NCBI GenBank assembly: GCA_951406725.2
Contig: OX597843.1
Span: forward strand, 17,112,001-17,176,000
Direction: 5' to 3'
Length of the DNA: 64,000 nt
From: Octopus vulgaris
Taxonomy: Eukaryota
Part shown: piece by piece, positions 28,801-40,320 of the stretch
Position numbering within the stretch: the stretch's first letter is position 1
Layout: each line of letters opens with the position of its first letter
Position numbers and translations under genes: made by a program
Notes under the pieces: generated by a model
Databases searched by the model: none
Seen by the model: only the letters and a program-made list of their open reading frames with translations
What the model was told of the DNA's origin: nothing

Positions 28801-31800
28801 ATATACACACACACACACATATATGTACATATATTTTCATCATGTTAAACAGTTAACCCCTTCACACTTTTTCTCTCTCCATTTTTTTCCCTCTCAATCC
28901 TTTCTGTTGAAGAGCATAGGCTCGAAACGTCAAATGCTTTTCCATTCTTCCCAAGCATTAAACTAATACATCTGTTTGTTGTTCCCACACCTGTCTTCAT
29001 CTTTTGTTTTCTGTAAATTTTAACTATGCATATATCAGAGACCTTGTCTACCTGCGTAGGTAAGGTAGGCAATGCCTACCTTGAATAAAATAGATCAATA
29101 GCCAAATTTTCCATTTATGAAAAAATATGTACCTAATTCAATAAAATTATGAATGTTACTCTGATTACTATGCATAAAATGTAAAACATTTTTTGTAGAT
29201 TAGGTAGGCATAATTCACCCTTGCTTTTTAATCTCAGTATTTAAGCTACACAGAGTACTGCTGTAGTACACATGCTGCGTACACTCCTACAACACTGTTT
29301 TCTTTACGTGTTTTAAAGGCAGCAGAAGTAAATCTGCCTTCAACTCAGTCATGCATCTGTGTTTCGTTTATTTTTTGTGTGTTTTACTACATACAGGTCA
29401 TCAATTGCCTACACTGCGTAATTACTGACAGCATGTAACTGGCATGTATATATAAATGCATGTCTACATACATATATATCTATGTGTGTGTATGTACACA
29501 TTTATATATATATACACACACATACACCATCATTGTTTAACGTCCGCTTCCCACGCTAGCAAGGGTTGGACAATTTGACTGAGGTCTGGCAAACCGGATG
29601 GCTGCACCAGGCTTCAATCTGATCTGGCAGAGTTTCTACAGCTTGATGCCCTTCCTAGCGCCAACCTCTCCGAAAGTGTGGTGGGTGCTTTTACGTGCCA
29701 CTGGCATGAGTGCCAGTCAGGCGGTACTGGCAACGGCCATTCTCAAATGGTGTTTTTTATGTGCCACCTGCGCTGGAGCCAGTCCAGCGGCACTGGCAAC
29801 GACCTCACTCAAATGTTTTTTCATGTGATACTGGCACAAGTGCCAGTAAGGCGACGCTGGTAACTATCATGCTCGAATAGTGCTTTTTACGTGCCACCGG
29901 CACGGAAGCCAGTGAGCTGCTCTGGCAACGGTCACGCTCGGATGGTGCTCTTAGTGCTCCACTAACACGGATGCCAGTCGATGAATTTGATTTCGATTTC
30001 ACTTGCCTCAACAGGTCTTCACAAGCAGAGTTAAGTGTCCAATGAGGGAAAGGTATGCATAAGTGAGCTGGTTACACCCATGGCATAGGTCACAAGGTTA
30101 TGATCTCACTTGGCTTGCTGGGTCTTCTCGAGCACAGCATATTTCCAAAGGTCCTGATCACTTGTCATTGCCTTGTGAGGCTCAATGTTTGGTCATGCTT
30201 CACCACTTCATCCCAGGTTTTCCTGTGTCTACCTCTTCCACAGGTTCCCTCAACCGCTAGGGTGTGACACTTTTTCACACAGCTATCCTCATCCTTCCTC
30301 GCCACATGACCATACCAGCGCAGTCGTCTCTCTTGCACACCACATCTGATACTTCTTAGGCCCAACTTTTCTCTCAAGGTACTTACACTCTGTCGTGTAT
30401 GAACACTGACATTACACATCCATCAGAGCATAATTCTATGTACTTTTTTCTTGTTTCTCTTTGCAGGTGGTTAACTGCCTACCGAGATGCTATGTCGTTC
30501 AGATTTAGTCACTACTTTGTCAGTTACCTCTCTACCTTATCGCTAACTCTAAACGGACTAGGTTCCACACATGTGAACGGAGAAGTCCTCTGGTATGGCA
30601 TCACTACTTTCTCAGTTTTTTTTTTTTTCTTTCATGTAAGCTGGAAGAGAGAGAGAGAGAGCTTCATTGTGTTTGTGGGAATATCATGTTGTGCCCCAGG
30701 GTGGCCTGAAAAGTTCATAGGCTGACTATGAAGGAGTTATGCTAGAGCTGTGAAATTTTGCACTAATTTCGACCCTTCCAGGGAAACCGATATCTAACTG
30801 TTCAAAGGGGACTTCAGAAGCAACTAGTTGCAATGTCCCTTAAAAATGGACAAAATTTGGCATCATGTTATTGATTATGGACAGAAAAAGAGTTTAGCTC
30901 CCAAAGACATTCATGGTGACATGGTGGCTGCATTAGAGGATGACACTCCAGCTTCATCAGTGCAAAAGTGGGCAGCTAAATTCAAGAGGGGAATGGAGAA
31001 CCTTGAAGATGATCCAAGATTTAGAAAGGATGATCCAAGATTTAGAGAGGATGATCCAAGATTTAGAGAGGATGATCCAAGATTTAGAGAAGATTATCCG
31101 AGATTTAGAGAAGATGATCCGAGATTTAGAGAAGATGATCCGAGATTTAGAGAAGATGATCCGAGATTTAGAGAAGATGATCCGAGATTTAGAGAGGATG
31201 ATCTGAGATTTAGAGAAGATGATCCAGGATTTAGACATTTTGCAGTTGCCACAACTGAGGAAAATAACGATCATCTTTACCACATGGTGATGGATGTCAG
31301 GTGATTGACTATAAATCAAATAGCCAATGGTATTAGCACATCCTGTGGGAGAGTTGCGAGTATTCTGCACAATGAACCTGGCATGACAATGGTTTCTGCT
31401 CAGTGGGTGCCATGTCTTTTGACACCGGATCAGAAGCGCACCAGCAGAAAACCTGACATTGTTTGAGGAGGCAGATCCAGCTGGTTTCCTGGAATGATTG
31501 ATTCTAGTTTCAGCTCACGAGCTGTGGCCATGCTGGGGCACCGCCATTTGTTTGTTTCCTGACCCAGTTTTAGTGGTGGGTTCAACGCTTTGAGCCAGAG
31601 ACACTCTATGCGTTGGAAACACACCCTCCTCACCTGCTTCAAAATGACCTGAGTCATTTCATCTGCACGGAAGGCAATGGTTTCAGTTTTTAGAGAGATA
31701 CAAGAGGCATTGTGTTTATTGACTGTCTTCAAAAGGACCACACCATCATTGGAGAATGCTGTGGGAACTTGCTGAGGCAGTTGCGAACGATTATCAAGCC

Positions 31801-34800
31801 GAAACACCCAGGAAAACTGATGAACAGCAGAAGTTCGCCATTATCTTCTGCTGGAGCCGCGTGGAGCTTAGGTGTTTTGCTCATAAACACACACATCGCC
31901 CGGTCTGAGATTCGGACCCGCGAGTCCGCTGCTCTAACCACTAGGCCATGTGCCTCCACAATCTGCTTATGATCTCATGAAACAAATCTTAATTGCTTGC
32001 AAAAAGGGGACCAAAAAGCTCTTAAAAAAATGGTAGAAGCAGCTTGAGCGTTGTGGGTTGGGTGACTTGGGATCTGTGGGGTTCTTTGGTTGCCCTTGGG
32101 TGGTGCACCCCTCCGTTGGGATTTCGTTTGCTAAGGTTTTTTCGCAAATCATTTTTCTGTTTTACCCTTTTTTATGTAACTCCTCGCAGTCTTTTCTCTT
32201 TGTATTGTCCTGAATGTTTCTGCGGCCCTTGTGGCCAATAAAGAATTATTATTAATGTGGCAAACTGGCAGAATTGTTAGCACACTGGGTATAATGCTTA
32301 GCCACATTTCATCTATCTTTACGTTCTGAGTTCAAATTCCACCAAGGTCAACTTTGCCTTTCATCCTTTCAAGGTCGATAAAATAAGTACCAGTTGCGCA
32401 CTGGGGTCAATGTTATTGACTTACTCCTTCCCCCAAAATTTCTGGCCTTGTGCCAAAATTTGAAACCATTAATATTATTATTATTATTATTAACAAAATG
32501 TTTTTTTTTAAATTTCAACTGTTTTTATTTTTTTATTTCTTTCTGATGGCTGCTTTTATCTGGACCTTGTCTAAATCCCCTATTTCCTTCCACAAAGCTT
32601 GCCAACACCTCAGATCTCTATATCCATACCAAAACCTTAATCCTAACTCACCAACTGCTAGAGGGCTTTTTTTTTGTTATTGTTGTTTAACCCCAGCTCA
32701 GTCCTGATCCAGTTGACCTATGATCAAAGATGTTCCAGTGGTGACCATTCTGCCTTTCATTCTGGCATAGTGTATCCAGGACAACATTATCAAATGTGTC
32801 CTTTTTTGTCATTGTTGTTTAGCCCCAGGTCAGTCCTGATACAGCAGACCTATGATCAAAGATGTTCCAGCTGTGACCATCCCATCTTTTATTCAGACCA
32901 CAATGTATCTAGGACTACATTATCTAACATGTCCCTCATTATTTTTGTTGTTTAAACCCAGATCAACTCTAATCCAATAGTTCTATAATCTGAGACGTTC
33001 CAGCTGTGACCATCCTGTCTTTTATTTAGACATATTATAACTAGGACTTCATTGTCTAACGCAGTGGTTCTCAACCATTTTCTTTTTTGCCTATGGATCC
33101 CTTACATTCTTATTTTACTTGGGTGGGTCCTCAGAGCCTTTCAATGGTTAGAAAATCCTATCATATTTTTATAATTACTGTAAATCCTCGAGTATAATCC
33201 GCATTTTTCCCCAAAATTTAAAAGGTCAAAATCCCTAGTGCGTACTAAATATTTTTGTTGTTTAAACCCAGATCAACTCTAATCCAATAGTTCTATAATC
33301 TAAGACGTTCCAGCTGTGACCATCCTGTCTTTTATTTAGACATATTATAACTAGGACTTCATTGAAAAATAAAACTGAAAAATATTTTCTAAGCAATGTC
33401 TGAGTCTCTATTTGCTGTCTGGCAATGTTTATTCAGACGCATTTTGTGATGTCCGGCACGAAAATACCTTAAGCTAAGCCTGAAAGCAATGAAGTCATAA
33501 AAGAATCATCCATAATTTGCAGTAAGCAACATTTATTAAACGTTATTACTGCTATTTCTTTATTTTCTGCAAACAAAAGTAGATGAATTCAGAGACTTGC
33601 TTCATATGTGAAGGTGGGTTAAATTTCCCCCCACGGGGTGAGGAAGACCCTCTTTCTAATGGTAGACCCCTCCCTCTCATTGACTCGGCTTTTTTTCTGT
33701 TCTGCTGCATACATTTGTCTCTCCCCTCTCATCCCTCCTCCCTCCCTGCTTCTCTTACACTCCTCTCACCCTCTGCCCTTGCCTCTCTGCTCTTACCTCT
33801 ACCTGTTAAGCATGGCTTCAGTCCTCTCCTTGTTACTAGGGACTTTGATGTTACCCGGCCTGCCTACATAGAAGTGCCACGCTCCCTGGTGGAGACTGTT
33901 TCAAACTGGAATATACCAATGCATAACTGGCTCAAGAATTGTAAGTAGAACCATTATTGTAGCTTTCCTTCCTCTTATTCCGTCTGTCTGTCTGTCTGTC
34001 CCTTTTTCTTCCATATTTTCTGTCATCTTTCTCTCTCTCTCTCTCTCTTTCTCTGTTTTCCTTTTGACTAACTACTCCCCTCTTTCTATATATATTTCTT
34101 TTTTTTTTTTTACGACCAGTCCATCAGATGTAGTTACACATCGCTGGTCACAATGCGCTTCACATTGTTTTAGCCCTCGAATGAAGCCACCCCGCTGGCT
34201 AAGCGAGCAGGCCAACAGAAGAAAGAGTGGTGAAAGAGTACAGCAGGGATCACCACCCCCTGCTGGAGCCTCGTGGAGCTTATAGGTGTTTTCGCTCAAT
34301 AAACACACACAATGCCCGGTCTGGGAATCGAAAACACGATCCTACGACCGCGAGTCCGCTGCCCTAACCATTGGGCCATTGCACCTCCTATATATATATC
34401 TTTATCTTATATTAAACTTTTAATACTTTTTGATAGTTATATAATTAAAAATAAATAAATAAAAAAATAAAATAAAATAATAATAATAAAATATATATAT
34501 ATTTATATATTCATATATGAGGGTGAAAAATTAGATATTAATTTAATAATACAATCAGTTTAACACCAAGTGGCCTAGCACATAAAACCAGGGAGACAAT
34601 ACAAATTTATACGTAATTTATATATATATATATTTATATATATATATTTAAAATTTATAAGTTTAAATTATTAATTTAAATAATTTTAAAATTTTAACTT
34701 TAATTTAAATATTTTAATTTGGAATTTTATATTTTTTAATTAATTTTATTTCTATGTATTGGCTTATGTTTTTCACTGTTTGATTTGCCTAATAGTGGTT

Positions 34801-34814
34801 TTATCTCTAATTTA

Positions 34815-34860
<46 letters not shown>

Positions 34861-35693
34861 TCCTCTCTCTGTATTTATATATATATGCACGCATACACAC
34901 ACACACATATTGAGCGAGGTCGTATCCAGTGCCGCTGGACTGGCTCTTGTGCAGGTGACACGTAAAAAACACCATTCGAGCGTGCCCCTTGCCAGTACCG
35001 CCTGACTGGCCCTTGTGCTGGTGGCACGTAAAATCACCCACTAAACTCTCGGAGTGGTTGGCATTATGAAGAGCATCCAGCTGTAGAAACTCTGCCAGAT
35101 CACATTGGAGCCTGGTGCAGCCATCTGGTTCACCAGTCCTCAGTCAAATCGTTCAACCCATGCTAGCATGGAAAGCGGACATTAAACGATGATGATGATG
35201 ATGATGATTATATATATATATATATATATGGGGGAGAGGTAGACCCAGGAAGACATGGGATGAGGTAGTCAAGCATGACCTCAGAGCATTGGGCCTCACT
35301 GAGGCAATGGCGAAAGACCGAGATCTCTGGAGATATGCTGTGACTGCAAAGACCCGGGCTGCTTTCTGCAGCAATTCCACATACCCCCTACCCATTCAAA
35401 GTACCCCGGATCCCCAAAGTACCCCGGACCCAGTTGCCCCCGTGCCGCTGGCACGTTAAAAGCTCAAACCGATCGCGACCAATGCCGGACCCCCCCGGCC
35501 CCTGTGCAGGTGGCACGTAAAAAGCACCCAATCCACTCGTGGAGTGGTTGGCATTAGGAAGGGCATCCAGCCGTAGAAACTCTGCCAAATCAGACTGGAG
35601 CCTGGAGCGGCCCCTGGCTTCCCAGACCCCGGTCGAACCGTCCAACCCGTGCTAGCGCGGAAAACGGACGTTAAACGATGATGATGATGATGA

Positions 35694-35736
<43 letters not shown>

Positions 35737-36259
35737 GCCTGACTGGCCCTCGTGCCGGTGGCATGTAAAAGTACCCACTAAATTCTTTGAGTGGTTGGCA
35801 TTAAGAAGAGTACTTATTTTATCGATCTCTTTTGTCGAATTGCTAAGTTACGGGGATGTAAACACACCAGCATCAGTTGTCAAGCAATATTGGGGGGACA
35901 AACACAGACATACAAACATACACACACACACATATATATATATAGTCATACAATATAGTGCATATTTATACACATAAGGAATCCACTTTATGTGAAATTC
36001 AACACGCTAGAAAGAACAGCTAGGTTCTGTAAACCACAAAAATAACAGATAAAATAACAGTTTACATAACCTAGCTGTTCTTTCTAGCGTGTTGAATTCC
36101 CTTTAAGTGGATTCCTTATGTGTATAAATATACACTATATCATATGACTAATATATAGTTTTCTTGACTAATTTTTTTGCACGTTAGACCACTGGAAATG
36201 TAAATTTTGAGTGAATGTTTTAATTTTAATTAAATTCCATTTCCCTTTGATATGATTAA

Positions 36260-36292
<33 letters not shown>

Positions 36293-39200
36293 ACGGGCTT
36301 CTTTCAGTTTCCGCCTTCCAAATCCACTCACAAGGCTTTGATCGGCCTGAGGCTATTGTCCAAGGTGCCACGCAGTGGGACTGAACCCAGAACCATGTGA
36401 GCCAGCAGGGTTGGAATTACACAAAAGGCAATAGGGGTGCCGAGGGACCCCCTTTTATTTTTGCGCATTTCCACACTATCCATAAAGTAATATTTGTTTA
36501 ATCTTGTATATATGTGTGAGTGCATGATACAGAACAAAAAAAGCTTAGAACTTTATTGGTACGTATTTGTAATTATTAGCGTTTAATGAGGGGTGGGGGA
36601 GTTAAATATAATTTAAGGATTGAAAAAATCCTTTGTTGAAAGAAATCAACATTTTTTATAGTTTTATAAATTATACATCATCATCATCATTTAACGTCCG
36701 TTTTCCATGCTAGCTATGTGTTGGACGATTTTGACTGAGGACTGGCGAACCAGATGGCTGCACCTGGCTCCAGTCTTGATCTGGCAGAGTTTCTACAGCT
36801 GGATGCCCTTTTTAATGCCAACCACTCCGAGAGTGTAGTGGGTGCTTTTTACCTGCCACCTGCATGGGGGCCAGTCAGGTGGTACTGGCAATGACTTCGC
36901 TTGAATCTTTTTACACGTGCCAGTGAAGCGACGTTGGTAACGATCACGCTCAAATTTTTACGTGCCACGGGTACGGAAGCCAGTTGGCTGTTCTGGCAAT
37001 GATCACGCTCGGATGCTGGTTTTGGCACCCTACTAGCACAGGCATAAGTGCCAGTAAGGTGACATATAGCACTAAATATAAAATAAAACAAAATTATTTA
37101 GTATATCGTTTCGTACCGGAACAAATACAAAGAAAACTGACTTATAGTTCATCAGAATATCTGGAAAGAGAACAGAAAAAAATAATTTCACAGAAGGCTA
37201 ATGGGGTTCAGTTGAACCCTAATGACCATGTTTTATGCTGTAACATCCGTACGACTGGAAATTTTTAACTCAAAATTTCTAAGTGCATACATAAACTATT
37301 GACAATAAAAGCCATGAGATATAAAATCATTTAAATAAAAAAAAATATCAAAGTTACATAACTTTCAAAATTTTCTGGGGTTCCAAGAAGCGGTTCCATG
37401 CTCCTCTTAACCCTGAAACTCCTGAATCAGGGCCCCACTACTGGATGTAGTTCAGTCACACACATACCAGGCTTACACACACACGCACACACCAGGCTTC
37501 CACACAGTCTCCAAAATTTATTCTCAAAGCATTGGTTGGTCTGGTGCTATAACAAAAGGCGTCGAGCTGACAGAATCGTCATCACGCCGAGCGAAATGCT
37601 TAGTGGTATTTAGTCTGTCTTTATGTTCTGAGTTCAAATTCCGCCGAGGTTGACTTTGCCTTTCATCCTTTCAGGGTCAATTAAATAAATACCAGTTACG
37701 CACTGGGGTCGATAAAATCAGCTTAATCCGTTTGTCTGTCCTTGTTTGTCCCCTCTGTGTGTAGCCCCTTGTGGGCAGTAAAGAAATAGGTATTTCGTCT
37801 GCCGCTACGTTCTGAGTTCAAATTCCACTGAGGTCGACTTTGCCTTTCATCCTTTCGGGGTTGGTTAAATAAGTACCAGTTACGCACTGGGGGTCCATAT
37901 AATCGACTTAATCCGTTTATCTGTCCTTGTTTGTCCCCTCTGTGTGTAGCTCCTTGTGGGCAGTAAAGAAATAAGAAGTCACTTGTCCAAGGTGCTGTGC
38001 AGTGGGACTGAACCCCCAGACTGCATAGTTTCAAAGCAATCGTCTTAGCCATCCATACACACATCCTGTATTTATGTTTAACCTTTTCTTTTTCAGATGT
38101 CTTCAAAATTGCTCGTCCTCTTGGTAACTTTGTTGCCGTGTTGCTCACATATGCTGCTAGCTCACTGCTGCACGTAAGTTGATAGCAAGTTTTTCCGTAG
38201 TCTCTGCACTTGCTTTTTTTTTTTATCTTGCATGAAAATGTCTCATCACATCTTTGTCCTTTTAATCTGAGAAGAGTCATGGGGGAAGAGTTTTTAAGCA
38301 CACCATCCATAAATATAAATATAAACTACATCTTACAGCTGTTTCGGCCATGCAGATAAGTATGTCCCATTTTACTTATATTAGCCATTTATTGTAGGTC
38401 AATATGTAGTTATAAATGAGATGTTTACAAAAATATCCTAAGGCCTCTTCGGAGGTTATGTGATACAAATCAGAAGGGTCATGGGGGAAGAGTTTTTAAG
38501 CCAACCATCCATTGGGTCCTGACAAAAGGGTCATGGGGGAAGAGTTTTTAAGCACACCATCCATTGGGTCCTGTCAGAAGGGTCATGGGGGAAGAGTTTT
38601 TAAGCGCACCATCCATTGGGTCCTGTCAGAAGGGTCATGGGGGAAGAGTTTTTAAGCATACCATCCATTGGGTCCTGTCAGAAGGGTCATGGGGGGAGAG
38701 TTTTTAAGCCAACCATCCATTGGGTCCTGTCAGAAGGGTCATGGGGGAAGAGTTTTTAAGCACACCATCCATTGGGTCCTGTCAGAAGGGTCATGGGGGA
38801 AGAGTTTTTAAGCCAACCATCCATTGGGTCCTGTCAAAAGGGTCATGGGGGAAGAGTTTTTAAGCCAACCATCCATTGGGTCCTGTCAGAAGGGTCATGG
38901 GGGAAGAGTTTTTAAGCGCACCATCCATTGGGTCCTGTCAGAAGGGTCATGGGGGAAGAGTTTTTAAGCGCACCATCCATTGGGTCCTGTCAAAAGGGTC
39001 ATGGGGGAAGAGTTTTTAAGCACACCATCCATTGGGTCCTGTCAAAAGGGTCATGGGGGAAGAGTTTTTAAGCACACCATCCATTGGGTCCTGTCAGAAG
39101 GGTCATGGGGGAAGAGTTTTTAAGCGCACCATCCATTGGGTCCTGTCAGAAGGGTCATGGGGGAAGATTTTTTAAGCGCACCATCCATTGGGTCCTGTCA

Positions 39201-39775
39201 GAAGGGTCATGGGGGAAGAGTTTTTAAGCACACCATCCATTGGGTCCTGTCAGAAGGGTCATGGGGGAAGATTTTTTAAGCGCACCATCCATTGGGTCCT
39301 GTCAGAAGGGTCATGGGGGAAGAGTTTTTAAGCACACCATCCATTGGGTCCTGTCAGAAGGGTCATGGGGGAGGAGTTTTTAAGCGCACCATCCATTGGG
39401 TCCTGTCAAAAGGGTCATGGGGGAAGAGTTTTTAAGCGCACCATCCATTGGGTCCTGTCAGAAGGGTCATGGGGGAAGAGTTTTTAAGCGCACCATCCAT
39501 TGGGTCCTGTCAGAAGGGTCATGGGGGAGGAGTTTTTAAGCACACCATCCATTGGGTCCTGTCAGAAGGGTCATGGGGGAAGAGTTTTTAAGCACACCAT
39601 CCATTGGGTCCTGTCAGAAGCAACTGTCTCTAATTATTATGTGTATTTATTCACATTGTTTTGCTTATATAAGTAAAAACGTTACAGTTATTTAATGAAA
39701 CAAGCCTAAATTCATGATTATTTTAGAATTTAATTGAAACTCATGAGGGGTGTATTTTGGTCAGAAATATAGTAA

Positions 39776-39821
<46 letters not shown>

Positions 39822-40281
39822 ACCTCTGGTCTGTTCTTCTTCTGACTCTTTCCTTCTCTTCCTCCTCCTCTACCTCTGAATCACCTCCACCCCCACCTTG
39901 CATACTTATCCATATCAACTCATCTGCACTACTTTCATTTGTTGCAGGGACTGAACTTTCAGCTAGCTGCTGTGCTACTATCTCTGGCCTTCTACTCATA
40001 TATAGAACATGGTAAGTACGAGCACTTCGCTTCAACCTGGCAAACCACACCTTCTGCTTTTACAAAACAATAAAACAATAAAAACTGTGAAAAAGACCAA
40101 AAAAGTTGTTTTGGTTTCCACAACTTGAATTATTTGTCTCCCTCTCTCCTCTGACCACCACTACCCACCCATTCAACGTTTTTTTTGATGTCCTGTACCC
40201 ATATATGTATGTATATATACATGTAGATGTAGGTTCGTACATATATGTATGTATATATGCATATGTTTTATTTATTAATTC

Positions 40282-40320
<39 letters not shown>

